A DNA stretch of 64,000 nucleotides. Origin: Fidelibacterota bacterium. GTDB lineage: Bacteria > Fidelibacterota > UBA8477 > JABMPR01. The stretch spans positions 23,476 through 87,475 of the forward strand of contig JABIFX010000077.1 of the NCBI GenBank assembly GCA_018650445.1. Direction: 5' to 3'. Below are positions 17,242 to 26,720 of the stretch, piece by piece. Under the pieces are notes generated by a model, which was not told the DNA's origin, searched no databases, and saw only the letters and a list, made by a program, of their open reading frames with translations. Positions within the stretch are counted from its first letter, which is position 1. The number at the start of each line of letters is the position of its first letter. A program made the translations under genes and the position numbers.

Positions 17242-18873
17242 CTACTCTTTATCCATAAAAGGATATGGAAATTCTGTTGGTGGCAGAAAATTCTCTTTGA
17301 TGGTTCGTTGGGATATCCACCGGATCAAATTAAAGATTGAACCTGCTTTATCGTTGGTTCCAGATGCACGACTTCCACCAAAAGGCTGTTGGCCAACCAC
17401 TGCACCAGTGGGTTTGTCATTGATATAGAAATTACCAGCGCTATGACGCAATTTTTCAAGAGCGAGCTCTACCGCATCTCTGTCTTTGGCCAAAACGGCT
17501 CCTGTAAGAGCATAGGGGCTGGTTCCATCGACAACATCCAGAATATCAGCCCAACTCTCGTCGTATACATAAATGGTAAGTACGGGACCAAAGATTTCCT
17601 CTTCCATGGTCTTGAAATGAGGATCAGTTGTGACAATAGTGGTAGGTTCAATAAAGAAACCGACAGAATCATCATAATTACCACCGGTAATGATTTCTGC
17701 ATCCTTGTGTGAGCTTGCATAATCAATGTATGCGGTGATATCAGAGAAGGCTCCCCTATCAATGACCGCATTCATAAAATTCCCGAAGTCTTCCACATCA
17801 CCTACTTTTATCTTGGCAACTTCAGCGACATAGCTTTCTTTGAAATTAGCCCACATGGAACGTGGGATATAAACTCTTGATGCAGCCGAACATTTCTGCC
17901 CCTGATATTCGAAAGCTCCTCGAATCACAGCGGTTCTTAAAACTTCCATCTCCGTTGATTCATGGGCAACGATGAAATCTTTACCACCGGTCTCCCCCAC
18001 AATGCGAGGATAAGTTTTATACTTGGCAATGTTGTTTCCAATGGTTTTCCACATGCTCTGAAAAACAGCAGTAGAACCGGTAAAGTGAATCCCGGCGAGA
18101 TGTTCACTCTCAATGACCTGGGGGCCTACAACCGAACCCTTGCCAGGGATGAAGTTTATCACGCCATCTGGCAAGCCAGCTTCCTCAAACATCTTCATCA
18201 GGAAATACCCTGAGTACACAGCCGATGAGGCAGGTTTCCAGAGTGCCACATTTCCCATCAAAGCCGGTGCTGTGGGCAAATTCCCAGCAATCGAAGTAAA
18301 ATTAAAGGGTGTAACAGCGAATACGAATCCCTCAAGGGAACGATGCTCCACCTGATTCCACATCCCGTCTGGAGAATAACCCGGCTGTTGGGCATAGATT
18401 TCCTGCAAATATTCTGCATTGAAATTAAAGAAGTCAATCAGCTCACAAGCTGAATCAATTTCAGCCTGAAAAGCATTTTTGCTCTGTCCAAGCATCGTGG
18501 CGGCATTAAGAATGTGCCGATAGGGACCGGCTAATAATACTGCCATTTTCTTGAAGATGGCCACACGTGATTCCCAGGGCATTACAGACCAGGTTTTCCA
18601 GGCATCCTGTGAAGCTTCTATGGCTTGAGCAATCTCTTTGCTACCTGCCATGTGGTATTTTGCCAGGACATGTTTATGGTCGTGGGGCATCACGTTGGTC
18701 GATGTTTCACCTGTGAATATCTCTTTACCACCAATAATGACGGGGATTTCCACAACCTCTGACTTCATTTTATTAAGTATGCTTAATAGTTCTGCTTTTT
18801 CCTGGGAACCAGGTTTGTACTCTAATATCGGCTCGTTGACTGCCTTTGGGACTCGGACTATTTTATCAGCCAT
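17242..18873 (-). CDS. pruA: L-glutamate gamma-semialdehyde (1-pyrroline-5-carboxylate) dehydrogenase
   Basis: 543 aa ALDH-superfamily protein of P5CDH type: FTGSTAVF, catalytic Cys in YQGQKCSAASR, and EEIFGPV. Confidence 0.9.
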   Translation of the reverse strand: MADKIVRVPKAVNEPILEYKPGSQEKAELLSILNKMKSEVVEIPVIIGGKEIFTGETSTNVMPHDHKHVLAKYHMAGSKEIAQAIEASQDAWKTWSVMPWESRVAIFKKMAVLLAGPYRHILNAATMLGQSKNAFQAEIDSACELIDFFNFNAEYLQEIYAQQPGYSPDGMWNQVEHRSLEGFVFAVTPFNFTSIAGNLPTAPALMGNVALWKPASSAVYSGYFLMKMFEEAGLPDGVINFIPGKGSVVGPQVIESEHLAGIHFTGSTAVFQSMWKTIGNNIAKYKTYPRIVGETGGKDFIVAHESTEMEVLRTAVIRGAFEYQGQKCSAASRVYIPRSMWANFKESYVAEVAKIKVGDVEDFGNFMNAVIDRGAFSDITAYIDYASSHKDAEIITGGNYDDSVGFFIEPTTIVTTDPHFKTMEEEIFGPVLTIYVYDESWADILDVVDGTSPYALTGAVLAKDRDAVELALEKLRHSAGNFYINDKPTGAVVGQQPFGGSRASGTNDKAGSIFNLIRWISQRTIKENFLPPTEFPYPFMDKE

Positions 18874-18981
18874 CTTTTACTCCTCATTACATCGTACATT
18901 TAATTATTCCCAAAATATGATCACATATTTTGACTTGATATCGGCAAAGCAAATTCCAATCCAATCGGTGCTGAAATAATT

Positions 18982-19212
18982 TCAGCCCTCCTCTGATAAG
19001 TATATTTTGTAGTAAAAATCCAGATCTGATGCATCGGCAAAGATACCAATGACCTCATCTGAATAGCTCTGTCCCAGAGGCACATTTGATCGGATAAATA
19101 ATTCACCTTTGCTATTCCGAAAAAGACCTGATCGTGAAGTATTTAGTTCTCTTCGAAGTTCGGCATCGAAGGTTTTTATCAGCCTGGCAACATCACTCAT
19201 AGAATCTGTCAT
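18982..19212 (-). CDS. Hypothetical 76-aa protein
   Basis: The ORF overlaps the upstream 78-aa ORF by 4 bp (ATGA). No recognisable motifs. Confidence 0.45.
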   Translation of the reverse strand: MTDSMSDVARLIKTFDAELRRELNTSRSGLFRNSKGELFIRSNVPLGQSYSDEVIGIFADASDLDFYYKIYLSEEG

Positions 19213-19445
19213 GAATCAATGTCCTGATCATCTCTAGTGAAAATCTCCCTTAAATCAGACAGATGGACATCCAGTTTTTCGGTATGACTCTGCCACTCAC
19301 TTCGATCCCCACTATGTCCTAATTTGGTAGGATCACGAATTTCATCCTGAAGAATGCTGAGGAAGCCACGCACGCGGTCTAGATTGCGTACAATTCTATC
19401 CCCAATTTCCTGAGGGGATGGGGGTATTGGTTTCCTATTTTGCAC
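19209..19445 (-). CDS. Hypothetical 78-aa protein
   Basis: The ORF is 17 bp downstream of the acidic 132-aa ORF. No recognisable motifs. Confidence 0.45.
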   Translation of the reverse strand: MQNRKPIPPSPQEIGDRIVRNLDRVRGFLSILQDEIRDPTKLGHSGDRSEWQSHTEKLDVHLSDLREIFTRDDQDIDS

Positions 19446-19462
19446 TGAAAGATTTTTAAAAT

Positions 19463-19861
19463 TTAGTCGTGTGTAATACGTTTTCGCATACGGGCGATAA
19501 TATCCTGGTCTTCTTCCTCTTGCTCTTCGAAAGACTTCTCAGGCTCTTCATCATCCTCTGGAACATCGTCTTCAGGTGAATCTGACTTTTCAGTACTTTC
19601 CACTGGAGCTTCTTCTTCAAAGATTTTGCCAGCTTTCAGCTTACCAATTAATCCGCTCACCTCACCGTTGAAGTCTTCAACCGTTTTCTCGAGACGTTTG
19701 AGGAGTTCGTCCATGAGATCTTGACCATAGACATTATTGATGCCATCTAGCATATCATTTAGCTGGCCTTTCAAAAACGTCATGCGACTTTCTGAATTAT
19801 CAAAATCAACAGGTTCCTCGACGCTCTTTGATTCTTGAGGTTTTTCGTCTTTTCCCGGCAT
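19463..19861 (-). CDS. Hypothetical acidic protein (132 aa; helical N-terminal half and a Glu/Asp-rich C-terminal tail)
   Basis: The sequence includes MTFLKGQLNDMLDGINNVYGQDLMDELLKRLEK and SPEDDVPEDDEEPEKSFEEQEEEDQD. No family recognised. Confidence 0.55.
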   Translation of the reverse strand: MPGKDEKPQESKSVEEPVDFDNSESRMTFLKGQLNDMLDGINNVYGQDLMDELLKRLEKTVEDFNGEVSGLIGKLKAGKIFEEEAPVESTEKSDSPEDDVPEDDEEPEKSFEEQEEEDQDIIARMRKRITHD

Positions 19862-19979
19862 TCTGCACTCCTGTGATATTATTTTTAATAAAATGTTATG
19901 TCAAAATTCGCCTATTAACGTAGGCTCTTAAACTAGAATGAATCCCCGCTTCAGGCAATTATTACATCTCAGGATATAA

Positions 19980-20705
19980 TCAATTCCTGGGAGGTCTTCT
20001 CAGGTAAACACCTTCTATTTCTATATGGCCTTCAACCGTCTCCATGCCCTCCTTGGAAGAAAGGAGGGAATACCTAAGATTGGTGATAGCATCGGCATTT
20101 TCCTGGAGGCAAAGATACAGCATGGATCTCATCAAATCTTCTATGCTAGCCTGCTCATTTCCTACAATTTTGATGTAGCCACTCTCGATAAATGCCTGAT
20201 TCGCTTTTGGTATGTATAAAACGGGAAAATTATTCGATCTGCGAGAGGGTTTTGGCTTCCAGGGTGTAACAGTTTGATTGACGATGACTTCCTGAACGAG
20301 CTTTGGCTCAAACTTGCGATTCTTTGTTTTGAATTTCAACAAGGGAACTTTTACTGGATATTTTTCTGGATTCTCAGCAGGAAAAGCAGCCAGGCCAGCA
20401 GGGCCAAATGAGGCACCAATATAATAACACAAACTATCACCATTCATATAGGCAGCTGGGATATCACAGTACCAGGCACCACTATCTTCATAAAAACTTA
20501 GTTCCTGATAGACCATCTTACCGTGCTCTCGAATGAAGAGCTTGACAAAATCAGGTTCATCCAGATAGTGAGGTAAAATCACTTCCAATTGTCCAGGGAA
20601 CCATTGCAGGAATTTTTCGGGCGGATTATGATATATCTCAAACGAGAAACCGCAAGAGATCGTAAAAAGCAACGCTAAAGCTGTCTGTAAAGTTCTAGCT
20701 ATCAC
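19980..20705 (-). CDS. Hypothetical secreted/lipoprotein-like protein
   Basis: The track ORF starts at a TTG at 20762 and overlaps the upstream gene by 68 bp. A GTG at 20705 gives MIARTLQTALALLFTISCGFS, a signal peptide with a Cys. Confidence 0.55.
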   Translation of the reverse strand: MIARTLQTALALLFTISCGFSFEIYHNPPEKFLQWFPGQLEVILPHYLDEPDFVKLFIREHGKMVYQELSFYEDSGAWYCDIPAAYMNGDSLCYYIGASFGPAGLAAFPAENPEKYPVKVPLLKFKTKNRKFEPKLVQEVIVNQTVTPWKPKPSRRSNNFPVLYIPKANQAFIESGYIKIVGNEQASIEDLMRSMLYLCLQENADAITNLRYSLLSSKEGMETVEGHIEIEGVYLRRPPRN

Positions 20706-21297
20706 TGAACTGGATTCCCGCAGTAGATAAATATTGATATAAACGGAAGTTATAATCATCAACCAATTTCTGTACCCTGCCAGAACTAATCAATGTCTGT
20801 AAGTAATACTGTTCTCGCAGTGCTTTGATTTCAAACTGCCGACTCTCAAAATAGCGTACGCCGCCAATAATTATTGCAGCATAACCGGGTATTTGATATA
20901 CCCATCCCTTACTCCAGATAATTGATAGATAAGTGGCGCCACCAACTGAGCTGATAACTGAGAAGACACGTCTCGATCGAAAGTCCTTCAAGAATCCAGC
21001 TTCCTTGGTGAGGTGTGCTTCATAGTCGGCGAGGACACTTTCCTGCCCGAGGAGATACAGTGATTGTGAAAAACTCAATACTTCATCACCTCTATATAAT
21101 TGCCAGGATGAATCGGAAAACACTTCAAGTTTCAGGCTACTGCGTTGAAAAGCGTCAGGCACTTTCAGTTTCAATAACTGGCTGTCAAATTCAGGATAAA
21201 CTATCAGACTATCAACCTGACCAAACCCGGAAGTCATAATGAATAGAAGCAGGATCAGACACTTCAAATGTATTTTACTGAAAATTAGGCTGTTCAT
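20695..21297 (-). CDS. Hypothetical secreted protein (N-terminal signal peptide)
   Basis: N-terminal signal MNSLIFSKIHLKCLILLLFIMTSGFG. No recognisable domain. Confidence 0.6.
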   Translation of the reverse strand: MNSLIFSKIHLKCLILLLFIMTSGFGQVDSLIVYPEFDSQLLKLKVPDAFQRSSLKLEVFSDSSWQLYRGDEVLSFSQSLYLLGQESVLADYEAHLTKEAGFLKDFRSRRVFSVISSVGGATYLSIIWSKGWVYQIPGYAAIIIGGVRYFESRQFEIKALREQYYLQTLISSGRVQKLVDDYNFRLYQYLSTAGIQFSDS

Positions 21298-21470
21298 TTC
21301 GGGCTGAATTTAGTCAATTTTCGCGGGGCTAATAATGCTTTTATGATCAATTGGTATTTGACTTCCTCATCTCCCCTGCAAGCAGAAAATAGCTTACTCG
21401 ATGTCATGGTTTGTTTTACCTTGCTCCACGTAGTCCGACAAAAACACTGCATATCTAAAGGAACGCCTCC

Positions 21471-22904
21471 ATGGACCCTGTTACTCTAGGATTTATACTC
21501 TATCTCATGCTTATTCTGGGAGTCGGATTTTACACTGCACACCTCACCAAATCCATGAAAGACTTTGCACTGGGTGGTCAGCGACTGGGACCCTGGGTAA
21601 TCGCCTTTTCGGAAAGGGCTTCAGGGGAATCAGCCTGGTTAATTCTGGGACTGCCAGGGGCGGCACTGATCGCAGGGCTATTAGAACTGTGGACAGTTGT
21701 GGGCTGCATTTCCGGGATCATTTTTTCCTGGTTCTTTATTGCTAAACGCTTGAGAGAAGCTACTGACGAATTTAACGCACTGACCTTGCCTGAATTATTT
21801 GCGAAGCGTTTTGGGGATGAGCGCGGTATTCTCAGGATTCTGGCATCGCTTATCATTACCTTCTTTTTCACATTTTATGTAGCGGCCCAATTCTCTGGTG
21901 CCGGCAAAGTATTGAACGTCACTTTTGGTATCACCCATATGCAGGGCATGCTTGTGGGTGCTGTTATTATCGTTTTTTACACCTTAATGGGTGGGTTTCT
22001 GGCCGTAGCCTGGACAGATATGGTTCAAGGTATCATCATGATAGGCACCCTTGTCATATTGCCCCTGGTGGCATTTATTGAGATTAGTGCTCTCCCTTCC
22101 GTTGATTTTCAGTTTGATAGGGCAAGCCTTTTCGCTGGAAAGGCAGGCATGGCAGCTCTGGCAGCCGCCATTGGCGGGCTGAGTTGGGGATTAGGCTACA
22201 TGGGTCAGCCTCATCTGGTTACGCGATTTATGGCTATTGATAAAGCCTCGAATATCAAGATCAGCCGCCGCATCGCCATTTCATGGGCTGTACCTGCCTT
22301 TTTTGGTAGCATGTTTATTGGACTCACTGGATATTTCCTGCTCCAGGCTGGCAGCATGAGTTTTGAAGGTCAACAGTTAACCGCAGTAGCCTCACTGAGT
22401 GATCCAGAAAAATTGATGCCCATTATGGCCCAAAATCTTTTACATCCGTGGGTAGCGGGGATTTTTATATCCGGTGCGATTGCTGCCATGATGTCAACCG
22501 CTGATAGCCAGTTACTGGTCTCTACTACAGTCCTCACAGAGGATCTCATCGGCAACTATTTTGAGACCCTGAAAAATCGCTTCAACTTGCTTACTATTGG
22601 ACGAGCACTTACTATTCTGATCGGATTATTGGCTTTTTATCTGGCCTGGCAATCTACCGACCTCGTGTTTGAGACAGTAAGCTACGCCTGGGGTGGGCTC
22701 GGCGCATCCTTCGGACCTGCTTTGCTACTGACACTCTGGTGGAAGCGAACCAGTAGGGTTGGTGTTATTGCAGGAATGGTTACAGGTACATTATTTACGG
22801 TAATTGATCTATTCGGTGATTGGGTAAGCGTACGATTTTCAGCATTTATCATTGCCTTTATCGCCGTTTACCTCTTTTCTATTCTCAAACCAGATGAATC
22901 CTGA
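21471..22904 (+). CDS. Sodium:solute symporter (SSS family; PutP/PanF-like)
   Basis: 477 aa polytopic membrane protein with an SSS N-terminal pattern (GGQRLGPWVIAFSERASGESAWLILGLPG). Confidence 0.85.
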   Translation: MDPVTLGFILYLMLILGVGFYTAHLTKSMKDFALGGQRLGPWVIAFSERASGESAWLILGLPGAALIAGLLELWTVVGCISGIIFSWFFIAKRLREATDEFNALTLPELFAKRFGDERGILRILASLIITFFFTFYVAAQFSGAGKVLNVTFGITHMQGMLVGAVIIVFYTLMGGFLAVAWTDMVQGIIMIGTLVILPLVAFIEISALPSVDFQFDRASLFAGKAGMAALAAAIGGLSWGLGYMGQPHLVTRFMAIDKASNIKISRRIAISWAVPAFFGSMFIGLTGYFLLQAGSMSFEGQQLTAVASLSDPEKLMPIMAQNLLHPWVAGIFISGAIAAMMSTADSQLLVSTTVLTEDLIGNYFETLKNRFNLLTIGRALTILIGLLAFYLAWQSTDLVFETVSYAWGGLGASFGPALLLTLWWKRTSRVGVIAGMVTGTLFTVIDLFGDWVSVRFSAFIIAFIAVYLFSILKPDES

Positions 22905-22925
22905 GAATAATTTCCGATTTAATAT

Positions 22926-24206
22926 CTAACGAGCATAAATCTTCAGTGAATTACTCAGAGATTTAGCTAGATCTGTGGCAGCCTGGCTCACCATCTCACC
23001 TCCAACGGGGGCGACGGTTTCACCCCGCCGAGCGAGTCTTGCAGTACTTGACTTGAGAGCCCGTGAGTCCCCTTTTACAACCGCCCACTCAGCAGAAAAA
23101 TTTGATTTCCCTTCAAAAGCTTCACTTTTAATAAGCTTTGAAGTGCGCACATCTACAATCCTGTATGAACCCTTGATCACTGCTTTGGTAGTGCGGGTGT
23201 AGTGTTTGACCTTTGCTTCAACATCAGCATAAACATTGCGAGTCTTGGTCTTACCCTCTTTATTTTTGTACTTTTCAGTTTTAACAACTACTCGCTTTGC
23301 CTGTTTATATTCTCTATTAATCGTCTGTACCGGTGCATAAATAACCTGGGTTATTTTTCCTGTCAATATTTCATGGACACCCAATAATGCTCCTACTTCC
23401 ATGGCAGTTTCTTCGTTAACCATGCCGGAGAGTCCCAATTTTTGTTCTGCAATTACACGATCCAATTGATCACGGCTGATTAACTCAAGAAATTCCGTGG
23501 CAGACGGATCTTTCATTACAGAGGTCACCATTTGATCCACTACCAATTCTTCGATAGCTCCATACCTTTTATTCTTCCCACTTAAGTCTTCAAAGGGGAA
23601 TACGGCGATTCTTTTTACTCCAGCTTGTCTGGTTGCCTCATATCTTGATTTAGAATCCTTATATCCTGGAACAAAGCTGGAAGCTTTTTTGAATTGCTTG
23701 GCCGCCGCTTTTTGTTGGGACAAATCAGGAGAGATGGACAGGGCTGTACCAGCAGCATAGTGGGATTCTGCTGCCATTTGCTTGGCATCTGCAAGTTGAG
23801 GTGAAAAATCAATTATTTCTAGTTCGAGGAGTAACCCGGTTTTGGGATGACGAACTGGGGGTAAATTTTTGACTGCATCGTGTAGATTCACTAAGCTCTG
23901 ATACTCACGAGACAGACCATCATATCTGAAATCATTAGAGCTGGCTTCCAGTTCAGAGATTTTATTATTGTGACCACGATTTGCCATGAGAAAAGCATCC
24001 GCCATGAGAATCTGGCTCTTCTCATAATCCTGGCTCATTTGCAGACTGCGAGCCAACATAAATACGGCTGCATCGTAATCTGCCCGGCCATACGAATCCC
24101 GAGCACTCCTTTCCAACTTTGCATATTCACTAAAATATGTACAGGAAATTGTGCTCAACAATAAAACCAAAATTCCAAGTTTATAAATACCCCGCCCTGC
24201 TCTCAT
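22926..24206 (-). CDS. CsgG-family (COG1462-like) lipoprotein with a ~180-aa N-terminal extension
   Basis: Lipobox LLSTISC. CsgG-like core RIAVFPFEDLSG...GAIEELVVDQMVTSVM...LISRDQLDRVIAEQKLGLSGMVNEETAMEVGALLGVHEILTGKITQV. Confidence 0.6.
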   Translation of the reverse strand: MRAGRGIYKLGILVLLLSTISCTYFSEYAKLERSARDSYGRADYDAAVFMLARSLQMSQDYEKSQILMADAFLMANRGHNNKISELEASSNDFRYDGLSREYQSLVNLHDAVKNLPPVRHPKTGLLLELEIIDFSPQLADAKQMAAESHYAAGTALSISPDLSQQKAAAKQFKKASSFVPGYKDSKSRYEATRQAGVKRIAVFPFEDLSGKNKRYGAIEELVVDQMVTSVMKDPSATEFLELISRDQLDRVIAEQKLGLSGMVNEETAMEVGALLGVHEILTGKITQVIYAPVQTINREYKQAKRVVVKTEKYKNKEGKTKTRNVYADVEAKVKHYTRTTKAVIKGSYRIVDVRTSKLIKSEAFEGKSNFSAEWAVVKGDSRALKSSTARLARRGETVAPVGGEMVSQAATDLAKSLSNSLKIYAR

Positions 24207-24446
24207 AGCCTATCTCCTAACTGTGTCGTGTGTACCCTTTGAATCCTTTTAGATGAACAATATAAATGAGTCACCTGATATATATATATACTAACTGACA
24301 ATATTCCTTCAATTATTCCAATTTAAATCATTGACATGTGCACTATTGACTACTATTTTTATCATGATTTTACAGGGACATCGGTCTGGTCGTATTCCCC
24401 CGCTTCCGGATTTTAGTTGTCCCTGTTTCTTTTTCAAAAAGAAACC

Positions 24447-24477
24447 AAAAAAAAGCGACCTTAGGTCGCTTTTTTTT
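24447..24477 (-). terminator. Intrinsic terminator for the STAS gene (gcgacc-tta-ggtcgc flanked by A8/T8; bidirectional in form)
   Basis: The sequence aaaaaaaagcgaccttaggtcgctttttttt lies 18 bp 3' of the gene. Confidence 0.75.
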
Positions 24478-24494
24478 ATTCGCAAATTTTGCAC

Positions 24495-24851
24495 TTATTT
24501 TTTTAAGGCAGTCTCTTCGTCATCAACGATGGTGAAGACATCATCCAACTTGGATATTTTGATGAGCGAGGCAATTTTTTGCTGGGGTTTCACCAGAAAA
24601 CATTCCCCCCCCTTAATGGTTGCCTGGCGTTTGGCAAATAACAATCCGCCCAGACCTGTGCTGTCAACCATTCTGACATTTTCCATATTGATAATAATAT
24701 TCTTGAAGTCCGATTCGGCAATGGCCATAAAAATATCGCGCTTGAAGGCTTTAACTCCACGAATGTCAAAGGTTGTATTCTGAACTCTCACGATGAGAGT
24801 ATCATTTTTAAATTCTGTCTCAAATTTCATTTGATGGGATTCCCAATGCAC
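24495..24851 (-). CDS. STAS-domain protein (anti-sigma-factor antagonist, SpoIIAA-like)
   Basis: The motif MVDSTGLGGLLFA is typical of STAS. The true start may be MKFETEF at 24830. Confidence 0.7.
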   Translation of the reverse strand: MHWESHQMKFETEFKNDTLIVRVQNTTFDIRGVKAFKRDIFMAIAESDFKNIIINMENVRMVDSTGLGGLLFAKRQATIKGGECFLVKPQQKIASLIKISKLDDVFTIVDDEETALKK

Positions 24852-25031
24852 AAAATATTTTGTGCTTTCACTCTATTTGACGTCTTAAAACCATCAAGAC
24901 TAGTTCCGAGTTCAATTATCGCAAGCCCCAATATATTCAGTGTCCTTTAAGAGGGCAAGGTCATAACCACCATATTGTGAAATAAAATTCTAAGATTTAT
25001 TCTATATCAACATTCTCAAATTTCTATTAAA

Positions 25032-26720
25032 ATGTTTGCCATGAATAATAGACTCAGGATATTGCGCAATTTTGTGGGCCTGATTGTTAAATTGTCCATC
25101 ATCCCTTGCGTTCTCTATATATCAATAGGATTGTTTAATGACCCAACCCCCGAACCTTTAAGTTCGCTCTTGGGTACGATGTTCATTCTTATCGGTTTAT
25201 ATGGGATGATGAGTTCTGATCTTTTAATTCTCAGGTTTGGAGATGGAAAACTCCACTTCTCGACAAAAACTACTCGTTTTGTGGATGTAGGGTTTTATGC
25301 CCGAACACGGCATCCATTTTTTTGGTTTTTCTCGATCTATCAGTATGGAATACTTTTAGTATTCACAGGCTTCAACTGGTGGGTTTTATTTCTTTCTCTC
25401 GGTATTTCTTTGATTTATCTCCTTTGGCTCCTCCTGGTTCAGGAATCACTCGCATCCCGAACTTTGGGTCCTTCCTATCTTCGCTACAAAAATAATGTTC
25501 CCTTCTGGTATTGGAAATTCAGGGTAGCCGAAAATCTGAAAATCAGTTTTCGCTCACAGCTTGTGTGGCTGATTGGTATGCTGATTATTCGTACCTGGTA
25601 TGGAGTTAAGGTTGAAGGAGCAGAAAATATACCTCAAAACAAACCATTTATAATCGTATCAAATCATGAATGCTATCTGGATCCATTCCTATTTGGGATA
25701 TTTGTGCCCTATGAAATAAAATTTGTGACAACAGCTGATGTTTTCACAACTCATTTGATGCGATTTTTACTCAAAGGAACGGGTAGCTTTCCCATGCGGA
25801 GACATCGTCAGGATTTAAAATCAATTCGCACGATGATTAGAATGATAAACAAGGGGCAGGTTGTATGCATTTTCCCTGAGGGGGGTAGATCCACAGATGG
25901 TTCTCCCCTGCCAATCCTTAAAGAGACTTTGAAATTAATCCAACACTGCAAGGTACCCATATTACCCGTTCATTTGGATGGTGCCTATGAGATATGGCCT
26001 AGATGGGCTCCAAATCGTAGACGAGGGAAGGTTACCACCTCATTCAAGCCATTAATCCCAGTCGAAGCTCAATCGGATTTGAAAAATTTAGAGCACCAAA
26101 TCAAAACCCACATCTTTGCAGAGGAGAAAATCTTTCGTCCTGTGAAAAGCAAAGCCATTACCAGGGGCATGGAACACTTACTATGGGCATGTTACAAGTG
26201 TCATACTCGCAATTCAATCGAGGTCACTACCGGTCATAGCCTCAAGTGCAGCAATTGCGGCACAGAGTGGCAGGTGGCCAATGACTATTCTTTGACAACC
26301 TCAAGCACATCCCAGTCTCTTTCCAGCACTCAATGGATAAAACAGATTGAAGCGGATGTTTTGGATTATCCGCTTAATCGCGAGCTTCCTTTTACACTTG
26401 AAAAGGATGAAAAAGCTCATCTCCATACGCCAATAGTGAGATATAATACTGAGGAAACCGTCGTTGAAAACGGTGATTTGGGTTTGACACTTTCAAATCA
26501 GAGAGTGGTATTATCGGACAAGCAGACCCTGCTTTACTCCTGGTCCCTGGCGAACATCACGATATTCACCATGGATTACTTCAATGCCGTTTCCATAGGT
26601 GTTGGGGGTGTCAGGCATAGCTTTAAACTTCCCCCCCATGAAATCACATTAAAATGGCAGACATATTTTGATATGCTTATGGGAGAATATGTAAAAAACG
26701 ACCACAATTCCGTTCAATAA
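25032..26720 (+). CDS. Fusion protein: N-terminal membrane phospholipid/isoprenylcysteine methyltransferase-like domain (PEMT/ICMT family), central PlsC-type lysophospholipid acyltransferase, C-terminal Cys-rich (zinc-ribbon-like) domain of unknown function
   Basis: ICMT/PEMT-like motifs are GFYARTRHPFF and ...QESLASRTLGPSYLRYKNNV (the EE...FG.eY..Y pattern). The LPLAT motifs are HxxxxD in VSNHECYLD and FPEGGRS. The C-terminal Cys pairs are CYKCH...CSNCG. Confidence 0.65.
   Translation: MFAMNNRLRILRNFVGLIVKLSIIPCVLYISIGLFNDPTPEPLSSLLGTMFILIGLYGMMSSDLLILRFGDGKLHFSTKTTRFVDVGFYARTRHPFFWFFSIYQYGILLVFTGFNWWVLFLSLGISLIYLLWLLLVQESLASRTLGPSYLRYKNNVPFWYWKFRVAENLKISFRSQLVWLIGMLIIRTWYGVKVEGAENIPQNKPFIIVSNHECYLDPFLFGIFVPYEIKFVTTADVFTTHLMRFLLKGTGSFPMRRHRQDLKSIRTMIRMINKGQVVCIFPEGGRSTDGSPLPILKETLKLIQHCKVPILPVHLDGAYEIWPRWAPNRRRGKVTTSFKPLIPVEAQSDLKNLEHQIKTHIFAEEKIFRPVKSKAITRGMEHLLWACYKCHTRNSIEVTTGHSLKCSNCGTEWQVANDYSLTTSSTSQSLSSTQWIKQIEADVLDYPLNRELPFTLEKDEKAHLHTPIVRYNTEETVVENGDLGLTLSNQRVVLSDKQTLLYSWSLANITIFTMDYFNAVSIGVGGVRHSFKLPPHEITLKWQTYFDMLMGEYVKNDHNSVQ

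Noticed and set aside
19209-19212. 78-aa/76-aa overlapping pair as a type II toxin-antitoxin module
   Set aside because: Only the gene arrangement (ATGA overlap, sizes) fits. Neither protein shows a recognisable toxin fold (RelE/ParE, MazF, PIN, HicA) or antitoxin fold by eye. Kept only as a low-level possibility inside the five-gene cluster finding.
20695-20762. 68-bp overlap between two secreted hypothetical genes, suggesting a frameshifted single gene or pseudogene
   Set aside because: The ORF track extends the downstream gene to the most upstream TTG. A GTG at 20705 yields an N-terminus with its own signal peptide and Cys (MIARTLQTALALLFTISC), so two separate genes with an ~11-bp overlap is the simpler reading. 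No stop codon is disrupted.
24331-24783. 150-aa ORF on the + strand
   Set aside because: It is antisense to and overlapping the STAS gene and the terminator region. The translation is low-complexity (poly-F/K from the A/T runs of the terminator). Spurious.
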